Source: Callorhinchus milii
Taxonomy: Eukaryota
Assembly (NCBI RefSeq): GCF_018977255.1
Contig: NW_024704742.1
Span: forward strand, 12,960,001-13,024,000
Reading direction: 5' to 3'
Length of the DNA: 64,000 nt
The notes beneath the pieces are model-generated. The model made no database searches. It was not told the origin of the DNA and worked only from the letters and a program-made list of their open reading frames with translations. The first letter of the stretch is position 1; each line of letters opens with the position of its first letter. Positions 13,175 to 26,353 of the stretch are shown here, in pieces. The position numbers and the translations under genes were made by a program.

Positions 13175-13820
13175 TACAACAATATATTGTACTTATATAG
13201 CGCCTCAGAGCGCTTAACAGTCGTGTAGCCCAAGGCCAAGCCAGGGGAGTGGGAAGGTGACCTTAGGCACGATCGAAAAGGAAGGTCTTCAAGCGTGACC
13301 TGAAGATTGGGAAGGAGGGGGCGAGGCAAAGGGTTGAGAGAGTTCCAAAACTTCGGGGTGTAGTGGCTGAAAGCACGGCCGCCGATGGTGGAGCGGAGGA
13401 TTCGTGGAATGCGGAGAAGGCGGGTACTGCTGTGGGGAGAGAGGAGGTTAGAGAGATAAGGGGGTGCCAAGGAATGGAGGGATTTAAACACTAGAGTGAG
13501 AATCTTGAAGTCGATCCAGGGAGCCAGTGGAGTTTGGCAAGGACTGGAGTAATCGGGTTACCAAGTTTGGTCAGGGTGAGAATGCATACAATGGAGTTTT
13601 GAATGAGCTGAATTTTGTGAATAATGGAGGAGGGGAGACTGGCGAGGAGGTCGTTAGTGTAGTCTCGCCGAGAGGTGACAAAGGCATGGCCAAGGGTTTC
13701 GGCAGCTTTCGGGGTGAGGTATTGTCATAGCCGACAATGTGGCGGAGGTGGAAGAAAGTGGTGCTGGTCAGGGATCCGATGTGGGGAATGAAGGAAGGAT
13801 AACTGGGGAGCTGAGGAGGA
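13175..13820 (-). mobile_element. L2 LINE 3' fragment
   Basis: FKSLHSLAPPYLSNLL...GGRAFSHY.PK.WNSL and SFIPHIGSLTSTTFFHLR; tail near 13175. Confidence 0.87.
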
Positions 13821-14199
13821 GTGACCCAAATAATGGTGAAAAACGAGGACTTTGTGTTCCAGATAAAATCTTGTTCTGATGGATATTTGGGGATGAGGGT
13901 AATTTTGAACCAAGTATTTGCCCTAGCCATTGCTAAAAAGGAGAAAATGGGCAAAACTGCAAGGGGCCATGTCACTATATTTGTAAGATAGGAATATACA
14001 TGACCAGAAAGGATCATTGCGACCCATTTGGCCAGTTCCAAAAAGAAAATATCATTTTTAAAAGCGTAAAATGGAAAACTTTAAGAGTACAATCTTTATA
14101 GCCTGGACAGCATGACTAAACGGTGGCTTTCACTTTTCAGTTTCACTTTTTTATGTCAATTTTGTGTCCAGTAATGTTTATTAAATTGCTGGTATATGC

Positions 14200-14520
14200 C
14201 CTCTGCTCTTGGTCTGGGTTTTCTCTTGTTGGAGTGAGGTTCCACTGGAGCAGTTCCTCGCCAAGAGGCCGTTGTTCATATGTGGGCCCCTACCTGTAGA
14301 GTCTCACCTTTTCCCACCTGTCTACTTCTCACGCAGGCAGTAGGGGGTGCTCTAAAGAGGAACCAGGAGCAGTAACCCTAGCTTGTTTTCTCCTCCCTAA
14401 CACTGGGAAGTCCAGGGTCAATTTAGCCTCGCTTGCTGCCCCGGCTGAGATCCAAAAGCCTGGCGCAAGCCTCTCTGCTCCTGGTGCATAAGCTGCAGTT
14501 CTATCCACAACATCCTCAGG
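14200..14520 (-). mobile_element. Old SINE-like dispersed repeat relic (unclassified)
   Basis: GC-richer block. Parts resemble 26405-26490 and 12600-12660. Confidence 0.35.
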
Positions 14521-15051
14521 GCAGCCAATTTCACTTTTCATATACAGTATAAAATCTGTACTTTTATTTCAGGAACTATTTCTATAAAATAAATCGTTTT
14601 TATAATTAACACTTTATCAGTGGGTAATTGAAAGTAATTTTTGGTGGAAAGTATCTGGAGTAGTCTTTGTCGTGTTTAATGATTCAAATACTCTTATCCT
14701 AAAGTTTAAACAACAATGTTTAGCCTCATGTCAAGATGTTGCCATGTAAGTTGTTTCCCATTTTCTGCATGTGCTTCTATGTGGATTTCTATTTCTACAC
14801 ATATGCGCTTAAAGTGAAGTAAAGGTTAGATATCTTGTTGCCTTACCATCATCTCCCTTTTTGTACATTAAAAATCTTGCAAAATATCCCTATTTAACCT
14901 CACAATCTCTTTACCTCAAACCCTTTCTGACCTCACAGTTGACTTGACCTGTGTGCATGATGTGAATATGTCTGAGGCTAAAATGTAATGTAATTGAAGG
15001 AAAAAGCAAGTTATTGGTTGGTATTAATGTTTAACGTGGATATTGTTGCAG

Positions 15052-15158
15052 ACCCCAAGGAAGAGAAAGACAAGACACAGTTCAAATCCACCACTTGAGT
15101 GTCATATTGGCTGGGTTATGGATTCAAAAGAACACAGGCCACGAACATCATCTGTCAG
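15052..15158 (+). CDS. LARP1B: LARP1B coding exon (TPRKRKTRHSSNPPLECHIGWVMDSKEHRPRTSSVS)
   Basis: gcag acceptor, gtaaat donor at 15159, 107 nt. Conserved KRKTRHSSNPP.E.H.GWVMD motif. Confidence 0.94.
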
Positions 15159-16029
15159 GTAAATGTTACTGTTAATTCGTAAGAAGGTGTACCTTATGAA
15201 AAGTATGAAACCAGAATGCAGTTGTAAACTTGTCTTATGGGGGTGTATGTTGTTGTATAAATCTAAAATATCTCAATCGATACAATACATCAGTCACATA
15301 AATAGAAGCTTGGCTAATCCACAGAAATGCGGACTATTTCCGTGAGCACCATAACTGATGCACACCAAGGCAGGCACACAAAAAAAAGACAAATGTAACA
15401 TTCAGAGCTTTTTAACTCACCAAGCCAACATTAATTGAAGTTCAGAAATTCTGTTATCTCACCTCAATCACTTTATATATCAGATTTTCTACCAAGCCCT
15501 ATGTTTCTCTCAATTAATGTTTCTGATGACACCTGTTAGCATTAATAGCACTATTAGATATTCACAGTTTGTTTCTGTCAGGGCATTATTGATTAATAAA
15601 GCATACACCCCAGAAATACCCTTTTAATTTACCTATAGAATATGTATGTTGGTTATGTTCTCGCAAGGTAAGAAGCATCATAGATAGAATTTGATGCTCC
15701 TTTGCTAAATTAATAATGTTGGTAATGCATTATGCATGGTTCTATTTTTGGTGTCTGACATGCTCAGAAACCCATTGCCCTCCCCAAATCCCCGGCTTCC
15801 AGTCAGCTGTGTGAAGTACTTTGAGACATCTTCTCAGCATAAATATAAATTGTAATTGTTAAAGCATCAAATCTATTCAAATTAGCAGATAATTCAGAAT
15901 CCCCAAACACCACACAATTTTTTGCCCCAGCACGCCATGGATAAGTGCCATAGCTTCACCTGGAATGGGGTTTGTGAGGCAGGTAACCCCATGAGCAATG
16001 GTACATCCCAAGCACCAGCATGGGTGGGG

Positions 16030-16210
16030 ATCGCTGACTGTCCAGCGCCTTGGGACTTCCTCCTGATGTGAAAGGCGCTATGCAATGTAATTTGTTGTTA
16101 TTTGTTCTCAGATCCTTGGTCAGAATGATCAAGATGTGTTGATCCTGTGCCTTGGGACGTCCTCTCGACGTAAAAGGCACTTTACAAATGTAATTTGTTG
16201 TTTGTTGTTA
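16030..16210 (+). mobile_element. Two tandem L2 3' tails
   Basis: gcgccttgggac...gtgaaaggcgct...atgtaatttgttgtt occurs twice (16040-16100 and 16148-16210). Confidence 0.75.
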
Positions 16211-16723
16211 TTACCACTGAGATTACCAATGAGTGATCTCATTTGGTATTACCAACATAGTTGATTGGCCATTCCAAACAAAAAAGGAATTACACTCTAC
16301 CAATAAACTGTCGACAAAGCAAAATATTACAATGGAAAATCAAGGAGGCAGGTAATCAGTTGCTAGACAATTTCACTGTAAGACATTAAATTCCTAGTGT
16401 AAAGTTAATTTGCAAATGTCTTATTATTTTGGCAGTCAGGTTTCTTCCTTACCAACCCCTTCATAATTAGAAAATGCATCAAGTAAGCCAGTAATTTTGA
16501 TTTAGCAATTTTTTTTGTCAACCGGGTGTCTGACACACATCTGTAGAGCTTTTCCTGTACCTATATAAATTTGACCTATTGTTTGTAGTTGGAAGAGACT
16601 ATTTGCATTAGGGAGGGGAGAAATATCCGCTGCTGTGTTTTCTCGTAGCCAATTCTAGCAGAAATATGTGAAAATTTGAGCGTTGTTTTATTTACCTTGG
16701 TTTGATTTCCTTGTGTTTTGTAG

Positions 16724-16884
16724 CAGCTCAAATGCCAGTCCTTCAGAAGGTACTCCTTTTGTTGGAAGTTATGGATGCACGCCAAGCTCACTACCCAAAT
16801 TCCAGCATCCTTCCCACGAACTCTTAAGAGAAAATGGCTTCACGCAACAGGTGTACCACAAATATCGCCGAAGGTGCTTAAATG
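16724..16884 (+). CDS. LARP1B: LARP1B coding exon, start of DM15 region (SPSEGTP...GSYGCTP.SLPKFQHPSHELLRENGFTQQVYHKYRRRCLN)
   Basis: TAGCAG tandem acceptor (start at 16724 or 16727), gtacgt donor at 16885, frame continuous. Confidence 0.94.
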
Positions 16885-17285
16885 GTACGTTTTTGTTTAG
16901 TGAAGTTCTATAAAATCCTCCATCAAAACTGCTGTTACCATATATAAATAAATTTATAATATATATTTATTGTATTTTGTAATTTATTTGCTTTCCATTT
17001 CAAAGTTTATTTGCACCTCTTAAATAAACTATTTATATTTTCTTAGGGTTGAGTGAAGGCCATGCTATGTATAACTCAAGAGAATGTCTTGCTTATGTTG
17101 GATGACAAAAGAGGGAACATGCCCAATAGTTAATGTATTTTGTAATTGAAAGCCTTTGCATGTTAAAAGCTAACTAAAAAGCTTATAATAACCAACTTGT
17201 GGCTATCACTGGTTTGGGAGTGGGGGTGGAGAGATGATTGAGAAAGTGAGATAAGCAGTGTATACCTGAGGGCTCTGAGATTGCA

Positions 17286-17365
17286 ACAGAGAGAGGGAGA
17301 GAGACTGAGATAGTGAGAGAGAGACAGACAGAGAGAGAGAAACTGGGAGAGAGAGACTGAGAGAA
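17286..17365 (+). repeat. Imperfect (GA)n microsatellite
   Basis: Run of interrupted GAGA repeats. Confidence 0.8.
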
Positions 17366-17503
17366 AGTACATTGAAGAAGTCCTCCCAAAAGGAGTCCTC
17401 ATAGCTGATAAAGACGAAATGTCTGCATGTCAATCTATATTCTATATTGGATCCTTTGGTTGCAAGCATAGCTGAACATAGCTCACTGCTCCTTACTTTT
17501 CAG

Positions 17504-17648
17504 AGAGGAAGCGTTTAGGAATTGGACAGTCCCAGGAAATGAATACGTTGTTCCGTTTCTGGTCTTTCTTCCTCCGAGATCATTTCAACAGGAAGATGTA
17601 TGAAGAATTTAAACAGCTATCTCTTGAGGATGCAAAAGACAATTACAG
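17504..17648 (+). CDS. LARP1B: LARP1B DM15 exon ([49 protein letters not shown])
   Basis: ttttcag acceptor, gtatgg donor at 17649, 145 nt. Hallmark DM15 sequence. Confidence 0.96.
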
Positions 17649-18520
17649 GTATGGTCTGAGCAGCTACCAAGACCAGGTCATAAAAGTGGGGAAAAGTGGC
17701 TGATTTTTCTTCATTCGTTTAACCACATTTGAGGAGAAAGGTATCAAGGATATTATCCCTTACATAATGTGGGCAAGAAGCTTCTCCTCGCTGTCCTGAT
17801 GACTACTCACTTCCTTTTAAGATATTTGTAACTACTCCCTCACCCAAACCCACTGAGGTTAACTGCACAGGTCACGATTTGGATCTAGCACCTTTCTGGT
17901 CTGTGTGACTCAGCTACTCACTGAATAAGCTCATCCAACCTTAAAGGTGCAGCCCATTGGTTCCAGAATCAGACCCAAGTTCAGCCTTATTTATTACTTG
18001 AAATTACCTTGGATCCCAATACATCTGTCAAAACTAGCACAGAAAGTGTTGCTTATCAACCCAGAAAAGTTCTTCTCAAAATAAGTGGAAGGACCTGAGC
18101 CTATTGTGGACATAAGATTTAAAAGAATTGTGAATACTTGTATTTGCCTTCCACTTGTCAAGGCTAACTGTTTGGGTGACAGATTCAATACCTGCCATTA
18201 GAAAGCAGTAGGAAATTTATTTTGTCCTTACTGCCAGCACAGCAGAGATTTGCTAATACAGTTCAACCTCAACATTGCACAGGATACATTTTAGATTAGA
18301 GTGGGTATTGGGGAAGCACTGGTTAATCCATCTTTATACATCACATAAGTTTTACTCAATCGATTGTTATCCACAGCATTTGATTGCAAAAGTAAAATAC
18401 AGTATTTTTGTACAATATTTGAGCTGACAATACAATGATCAACTACTAATTTTCATTGGTTATATTCCACATAAAATATTTAACTTTTTCTTCATTTCTA
18501 TGTATGTATTTCTTTTTCAG

Positions 18521-18630
18521 GTATGGATTGGAGTGCCTGTTTAGATTTTTTAGCTATGGATTAGAGAGGAGGTTTCGACATGATATATTCAAGGACTTCC
18601 AAGAAGAAACAATAAAAGACTATGAAGCAG
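18521..18630 (+). CDS. LARP1B: LARP1B DM15 exon ([37 protein letters not shown])
   Basis: Long pyrimidine tract plus cag acceptor, gtaatc donor at 18631, 110 nt. Confidence 0.96.
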
Positions 18631-19284
18631 GTAATCTTCTTTGCATCTTCAATCTCTCCCCATATTTTCTGTGGCGGCTGACTAAAGATTAATACTAGTT
18701 TCCTTTCATAATGTCACCTTGTGTCCATTCTTAGTCTGTAAGTCTGGATATTGAGGCCATCAGACCCAGATTCTCTTTTTCCCCAATGTCAAAATACATT
18801 CACCTTCTAATCAAGTGTACTGGATAGGATTCACAATTCGTGATTTTTGTTCACTTCGAGTCACCTAGTCCAAGGTAGCTGATGTATATTAAAAAAGTGT
18901 GCCCCTACTCGTTCCTGAAGTAGTTCAACTTTAATTTGTTTGCAACTATAGAGAACCAATTCATTGGGTAGTTTTATGTAACACATCCAATGATTAGTTT
19001 AAAAATGACTGTAATGGACAACATTGGCTATTACAGAGCGCTTTTAAATGATGCTTCAGTTTCCAGTCACATTATAGTGAATTCACATGTCCTTTTCTAA
19101 CTGTCTGGAGTTCAAAGTAACAGAATAGTAGAGTAGTATGGAAACTTAAAGTCTTCAGATATCTGTATTGTGTTGGATATATAGTTTCGTTTTTGAAATG
19201 TATTTTTGATTTGATGACTTATTGATTTGATGACTTGGAATTATATTTTGTAGTGATTTCCTGCATTGCTTTATTTGCTTTTAG

Positions 19285-19412
19285 GGCAGCTTTACGGTTT
19301 GGAAAAATTTTGGGCTTTTCTTAAATACACTCAAACCAAGAATTTGCCAATTGATCCCAAACTGCAAGAATATCTTAGCAAATTCAAACGTCTTGAGGAC
19401 TTCCGAGTTGAT
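19285..19412 (+). CDS. LARP1B: LARP1B DM15 exon (GQLYGLEKFWAFLKY...IDPKLQEYLSKFKRLEDFRVD)
   Basis: ttag acceptor, gtaagt donor at 19413, 128 nt. Confidence 0.96.
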
Positions 19413-20290
19413 GTAAGTTTTTTTTTCTTTTGTTTGTTTTTGGACAAATTTGTTGTTAATGTTGCTCTGGTTAATCTGCAAAATGGGTATTGGAGAAGAA
19501 TATTTGTGTGTTTTGAAGCTTTAACCATTTATTCAAGAAACGCAAGGGATGTTAGATGCATATGGGCTGACCTGATGTGGCTCAGATTAAAAAATATATA
19601 TATATTTTGTGTTAACTTGGCTTAGTCAGCACTCTAGCTTCCGAGTTAGAAGGTTGGGCATTAAAGCCCTACTTTGGGACTTTAAATTCATAATTTAGCC
19701 TGGCACTCCAGTGCAGTGCTGGAGGCTTGCTGCATTGTTGGAGGTGCAGTCCTTTAGATCAGACCTTGAACCAAGATCCTGTCCCATTGGAACTGTTGTT
19801 GTTTACTGTCTGCTGTTGTTTGCCACCCCTTACCTGCATTATCTCTTACAAGATATCTTGTATTATTGCTAAGGAACACATTTCCTTTGGAGGCACCCTA
19901 GTGTTAACATTGTTCGCTATTTCTCCAAGAATAGAAAATAATTAGGCCTTGCATACAGAGCGTAATTTTGACATCTGGCCAGTTAAGGTCCAAACGTCTT
20001 GAATTGGTAACACATCCTGATGTTAACTACCAGATGAAAACAACCTCCATTTTATGTGGCGCTCAACTCAAAGAAAGAGTCTCTCACAGAATGAAGATCC
20101 TGTTTTGAATTCTGCCTCCAGGCATAACTGGTATGGCTTCCAGCTGTTTTACCATATATAATGGTTTCAGTGTTATAGCTGGTTAGATACAGTGGAATAA
20201 TGCAGGATTCCTCAAAGGTTTACTGACTTTGATGGTTTGAATTATGATATTTAAATTTTTGTTTAAACAAAAGTATCTTTTTTTTTGTAG

Positions 20291-20533
20291 CCTCCATTTG
20301 GTGATGAGGTTGGTAGAAAGAGACGTTCTTCTGGAGCTGAAGAGTTTGGTCGCAGAAGACATCTATCAAACTCTTCCACTAAATCCATAAATGCTGCTAA
20401 GCCCATATCCACCAATCAGCCTCAGGTCTCCAACTTCCCCAAACGGGATTCTGCATCTGGGAAACCCAAGGAACAAAAGAGCCAGAATATTGCTGCCATG
20501 ACTGCCACTGAATCTGAAACACCTGAGAAATGA
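20291..20533 (+). CDS. LARP1B: LARP1B last coding exon (PPFGDEVGRKRRSS...ESETPEK*)
   Basis: Poly-T plus gtag acceptor at 20290. 243 nt open to TGA at 20531-20533. Begins PP, as LARP1 does after FRVD. Confidence 0.88.
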   Translation, partial: PPFGDEVGRKRRSSGAEEFGRRRHLSNSSTKSINAAKPISTNQPQVSNFPKRDSASGKPKEQKSQNIAAMTATESETPEK

Positions 20534-22950
20534 GACTCTTTGCATCACCCTCCTTGCTTATACAAATCGCATCAGTATTTTAAGCTCAAGGAACTTGTCC
20601 AGTTTTTAGACGCTGCCTCAATGAAAGGAAAAGAAAACTTGAAAATGTTCATTTACTTTCAGTTTATGGGGTGGGGAAAAACTACTAAGTTCAAATTTTA
20701 TGAGCTTTCATCAAGCTATTTTAGGGGAGGGGACTATCTGTCAAGCTATTTGCCACTCCCTTCATTCTGATTGTCAAGATTACCTTGAGCTACTGTTTAC
20801 AAAAACGCATTCCTGCACAATATGCAAAAATTACACATTTGAATTTTGGGATGCCTTACATTTCAATGAGGATTTCTCATACTTCTTAAAGAAGAAAATT
20901 TATTTTTTAGTCCATTACCATAGTGCTTTCGCAGCCAATTCCTCCTATTGTTAATTATTAATTGTATATACTGATATCAGAGTAGAAAACAAATTCTGGA
21001 AGGGTGTACGATTGAAATTATTTGAGTTTTGAGGGAAAAGAAAAAGAATCTGGATAAAGAAAACCAATTCATACAGACAAGATTGTATAACTAAGGTTGC
21101 AACATAACTGAATGAATAACAATAATTAACAAAGTGTGTTGAGAATGGTTGTGCATCATCCTGGATGTGGAGTGTTTTAGATTTAAAGCAGTTGGTTACA
21201 TAGTTTTTCACAGTTTAGTGGAGGTTGTTAATGATCCATATAAAAGGTATTGTTTGGGCTTGAATGAAAGTAGAACTGAAGAAGATTGTGCATTTTTTTT
21301 TAAATGGTCTTCTGAATCACTAATGGTATCTTGCACTGCTTAAGTTTACCTACTGCTGCATCTTGACGTGTAGGCAAAGATAAAATAACTGGTTATTCTC
21401 ATTTCAGGAGGTACGTGAGGGTCTAGTTTAGGTTAATCCCTTTTATTTTATGCTTCATGTGCTTTCAGTAAAGCACTACAATTGATTTGTATTTTTTTTA
21501 ATGTCATACCGTTGGAAAATGTTTAAATTCTTGTGGAAAATTTACAAAAAAACTTAAGTGCTCATTTGCTGAAGTGATTTTGTTTAATTTTGCTCCATTT
21601 TAGGAATTATTAAGACCGTGTCATTATTTTTAAATTATACTTATAACAGCAGAGGTGGGTTTCTGTTTTTTTTGAAAGGTTGTATTCACACATCTGTGAA
21701 AATTACTGGAAAATGATAAAATCTGACACATTTGTATTTAAATATGCTATCAAGAGTAGCATTCTAATGCAACCAGTGAAAACAATCTGTTGGTCTTCCT
21801 ATCTGTTCAGACTTGAATATAGGAAAGTCTGGGCTGTAACTATTGACTTACTGCTGGTAATCTGAGGGCTAGAATGAACTGTAGCAGTGTGGAATCCACA
21901 TAACTACCTTTATAAATATTCTACAGCTGTACATGATTTAATTTGCAGAAATAACATTCATATCATACCTAATGTATAATCCAGGCTTAAACCCAGCTAA
22001 GAGAAGTGATTGTAAAATACTTGGATGAAAGATTGTATATACCATTCAAAGTAATCAGTTTAGAGTATTTACCCAAATTTTTTTCATCTAATGAAATAAG
22101 TGTGCACATCTAGCATTAGCGCGTGTAATTTGTGGCAATCTTCCCAACTTTTATAAAAATGCATATAAAAACATACAAAATGAATCAGAAAATATAAACC
22201 AGTTGTACTGTGATTATTTCCGTTGTGAGTTTTGGAGTTTGAGGATGCTGAGCAGGTGTAGTAATGTACATACATGTTGCATGAGAAGGAAGCTTCAAAG
22301 TTTACAAGGACTGAAAACCTCCTTATTTTGCCAAGGTAAAATGAGACAGAATTCAGAAACGTGCATCAATTACCTATTTTGTTAACCTTGGTGGTCTGTA
22401 TGACTGTTTATGTAGTCCAAATTTTAAAATTGCGGGCACCATTCTTCAGCATGGGATTCTATTTTAAGTTATTTTGTCCGTCTTTTCAGTTTTCCTGTAT
22501 AATTCCCATACCAAGATGGTGATGGTATGAAGTTCCCTGTATTACCTTTGGAGGTGGACACTCGGAGGTACTCAAGGAAGGGATAACTGAGCTCCTCAAT
22601 ATATGTTATATTCCTGAGAAGTTTTAAGTTAATGCTTTAAGTAAGTGTTTTTTTAAACTTACAGACTTATTTATGGTAGAAATGAGCACTAACCATTCTT
22701 TCTAGAAATATTTGTAACTTCAAACATACAAACGCAGAAAGAATCCCACCAGCATGGTAGATTGCTGCAAATTCTGAACATTTAAGATCCATATTCAATT
22801 GGAAAAAATTGGAAGATTTTCTATTCCTTCAGAAATAACTCAGTTGAAAAATTGCATTTTGATTTTAAGCTTTCTCAGGTTGAAGTGGACCATCAGATTC
22901 TATGCACTAGTTGATGCATGGGTAACGTTGAAGGGTGATTTATATCTAGT
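20534..22950 (+). other. LARP1B: Probable LARP1B 3' UTR (AU-rich, no recognisable TE); 3' end uncertain
   Basis: Follows the stop codon. No recognisable repeats for ~2.4 kb. Pumilio-type TGTANATA at 20963-20970 and 22034-22041. Confidence 0.55.
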
Positions 22951-22959
22951 TATGTTTTC

Positions 22960-23515
22960 GTCACATCCAGGCTCGATTGTGGAAACTCCCTCATCGGCCT
23001 TCCCAACTCTTCCCTTCACAAGCTGCAGATCATCCAAAACTCTGCAGCTCGTGTACTCTCACGCACCAGGCTCCACGCCCCCATCACTCCCACCCTCGCC
23101 CGACTCCACTGGCTCCCCATCCCCCAGAGGATCAAGTTCAAGATCCTCGTCCTCACCTTTAAGACCGTTCATGGCCTTGCCCCCTCCTACCTCTCTGACC
23201 TGCTGACTCCCTACCAACCTGCCCACTCCCTCCAGTCAGCGGGCTCTGGTCTGCTCCATGTTTCCCGCCCTACCATCGGTGGCCGGGCTTTCAGCCTCTC
23301 TGCCCCCACACTCTGGAACTCCATCCCACAGACCCTTCGCCTCCTCCCTTGCCTCCTTCAAGGCCGTTCCTTCAGTCGCCCTCCCACCTCTCTACCTTCC
23401 CTCCCCTCTACCCCACCCCTCCCCCATGCTCTGGTCCTGACCCCTGACTGTCCAGCGCCTTGGGACTTCCGACGTGAAAGGTGCTCTATAAATGTAATTT
23501 TGTTGTTGTTTTGTG
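22960..23515 (+). mobile_element. L2 LINE 3' fragment with (GTT)n tail
   Basis: ctccactggctcccc...ttcaagatcctc...ctctggaactcc and the characteristic L2 tail. Confidence 0.85.
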
Positions 23516-24936
23516 TCGAAGAACCAACAAGAATAATTTTTTATTCTTACATTTGCCTTACATTTGTTATAGTGTCTTTCCCATCAGCAGGATGTCCCAA
23601 AGCGCTTCACATGATTTACTGTAATGATTGTGTGATTTGTAGGCAAACATCAGTCAATTTGAGCCCAGCAATACCCCTCAAATGGCCATGAAGTGAATGA
23701 TGTGCATCAAAATGTTTTGAATTACAGTATGCAGAGAGGATGTTCTTCAAAACCAGGATAAAGTTGTGTTTGGGTTTCCATGATACAGTGAGACATTCCT
23801 TTCCGCTGCAGTGTACAGAAGGTGCAAATCAGGAATAGTCCCTTAAAAATTAAGCAAGCAACCATATTGTGGTGATCTTTGATGCTGCATTGTTCGTGGC
23901 TAAACATTCATATATCAAAAGATTTTGACAGTGAAGCTCTTCTTAAATTACCAGCCCACTACTTTTGTTGCTCTTAATTTTCTTTTATTTCTTATATAGA
24001 AATTTTCAATATAATGTCCAATATAAATACCCTTCCTCTTCCCTTCCTCCAAGATGCAGTCTTTTAATCCCTAAATTTGGCATAATTACTCAATTATTGT
24101 TTTCTATACACTATATGCCACTTACCTAAATTCATGATTTTTATAACTACTTTAAATACAACAAAAATTCAACATTTTGTACAGACTCAATACGCAGCAC
24201 TTGTATTTATTTCCTCTGTAGAATGCAAATGTTTCGTGAGATTTCAGAAAATGCTTGTATCTTTTCAGTATTCAAAACGATGTACAAAACCAGTACTCAG
24301 CCAGTAAGTACTTTTAAGGTTTACAAGCCATATTTCCTAGTAAGACCAGGAGGATTTAACAGTTCTTATGATTGGAAAGCAGTGGGGCAACACTCAAGAG
24401 CAAGAGATTATTTTTTTGGTCAGTTATGAAAACCATCCCTATATCTGAAATGGAATCTTTCCTTGGAGGGTTGAACCCTGCTTTGTCTAATTCCATGGAG
24501 TATTATGCACAGGTTGGCAAGAGCTGAGACTTGGGCATCCCAGAATGTGTGTTGGTGTACTGCTGGAGTTTAACTCACTAACACCAAATAGCCACAAATA
24601 AAATGAAAGTCAAGCTTTCCTGGTGCTTGACCAGCTAGGCCACAAAAAAATCAATTTGTTGGGTGGGGATTAAAACCGCAGTTTAAAACCATTGCTGGCT
24701 GCCTGCCTTTCAACCTGAATTTTAAGTCAGCCATATTCCTCTAACAGGCCACAGATAAGATTCCTTCACGAGACTGGGAAGGAGTGAAAAGGTAGGAATA
24801 TTAATAGGAAAAAGTGAGTGTTTTATATTAAAGGGGTGAGCTTTCAAATTCAGCCAGCATTTTAGCAATGTCGTGGACTATCCTAACCCATCCATCCAGT
24901 TTGTGATTCTCTCTGCTCCCCGTGCTCTCAGACTCT

Positions 24937-25310
24937 GGAGTCCTGTAGCTTAGTGGTTAGAGCACTCGCCTCACAAGCGGGAGGACCTGGGTTTGATTCC
25001 TGGGCAGGGTGGATTGTTAAGCAACTTTCCTTACCTGCCTTACATGCCTCTGTTTACCTAGCAGTAAGTAGCAATCCGGTTGTTAGTTGATTGGCGGATC
25101 GCTTCACCTGTAGTAATAATCCCTTCCCAAAACATTTTTTTAGAAAATAATTTGATCATTTCAATCCATGACTGTTTGTGGGAAACTACTGTGTGCAATT
25201 GGCTGCCCACAAATTCTAGTCAATTCACTTTACAATATACTCTGTGAAGCGCTTTGAGATGTCTCAAAGATGTGATAAGGCGCTACATCAAATGCAAGGG
25301 TTATCATTAT
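24937..25310 (+). mobile_element. Full-length tRNA-derived Deu-type SINE (family A)
   Basis: Head ggagtcctgtagcttagtggttagagcactcgcc...ggtttgattcc with A/B boxes, Deu core and TTA tail. Confidence 0.85.
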
Positions 25311-25579
25311 TGAGCATACCAACTAATTCAGTACTCCACCAGCAGTGTAAGCCTAGACGATCTGAATTCAAAGTTTGAAAACCTAACTTGATAACCCGTA
25401 GCCAGAGGTGAAAGTTCTACTAACTGAACCAGGCTGCAAGTAAGTACTGTATATAAATGCAACTTATTATACTGTGGCAGAAATGACCAACTAATGTCTA
25501 TCCTCATTGGTTGTGGAGATAAACTGAAGTGGCTCCATGGTGACATGTTTGGCAATGAAATATCAGAACCGAGCCCACC

Positions 25580-26010
25580 AGCCTGGGTCAGTGGTAGCAA
25601 TCTCGTCTCCGAGTCAGAAGGTTGTGATTTCAAGACCCACAATGGGACTTGGAATCACATAGTCTAAGCTGGCCTTCAATGACAATGCAGTGCTAGGGGT
25701 ATGTTGCGTTGGAAGAGGTGCAGTGCTTTGGATGAGACATTAAACAGATCCTGTCTGCCTATTCACATGGATATTAATATCCCATAGTACTGATTGAAAA
25801 GAAGAGTGAGATTCTCCTGGTGTCCTTTCCAGTGATCCAAATACTCACTCACTTCATAGTTGTTTGTGGAACATTGTTGTGCGCAACTGGCTGCTGTGTT
25901 TTGCCCACAATATACAGTCAAAATCACTTTACAGTAGATACCGTAAAGTGCTTAGAGCCTTATCTGTCGTCTAGATGTCTCAATCTCAAATGCAAGGATT
26001 ATTATTTATT
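25580..26010 (+). mobile_element. Deu-type SINE family B (different head, same core and tail)
   Basis: Head gtcagtggtagca.tctcg.ctccgagtcagaaggttg. Middle gacattaaac...ggatatt. Also at ~19620, 29400-29650 (-), 30750-31060 and 46210-46640 (-). Confidence 0.75.
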
Positions 26011-26245
26011 TTTACCCATGTGGAAGGCTTGGTAATCGAGTTCCTAAGCCAGGCAAGTCTGGATAACAGCACAGCCAGCCTGGCTCATTGGCAGAACTTG
26101 GAGGAACAGACCAGTCACTGGGGGCAGGGATTCTTCCCACTCGGAGCCTGTTAACGTGCAAGCTAAAGCCCTAACTGTGTCCTATCTAGACGAGCAGCAG
26201 GAAAGTTGCCAGACAGTGTGGGGAAATGTGTTAGGGTGTTCTTAT

Positions 26246-26353
26246 ATAGAAACAGAAGTCGCTGGGAACATGTAGCAGGCAGGCAGCATCTATGGAGAAA
26301 AGAAAGTGAGTTAACGTTTCAGGTCAATGACCTTTTGTCAGAACTGCCTTTTG
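26246..26353 (-). mobile_element. Penelope-like terminal-repeat fragment with hammerhead-like motif, flanked by a 14-bp direct repeat TAGGGTGTTCTTAT
   Basis: Direct repeats at 26232-26245 and 26354-26367. Minus strand reads CTGACAA-AAGGTC-ATT-GACCT-GAAACGTT. Confidence 0.65.

Noticed and set aside
676..20533. LARP1 rather than LARP1B; PGRMC1 rather than PGRMC2
   Set aside because: Diagnostic residues ([42 protein letters not shown]) and the adjacency of the two genes favour LARP1B and PGRMC2.
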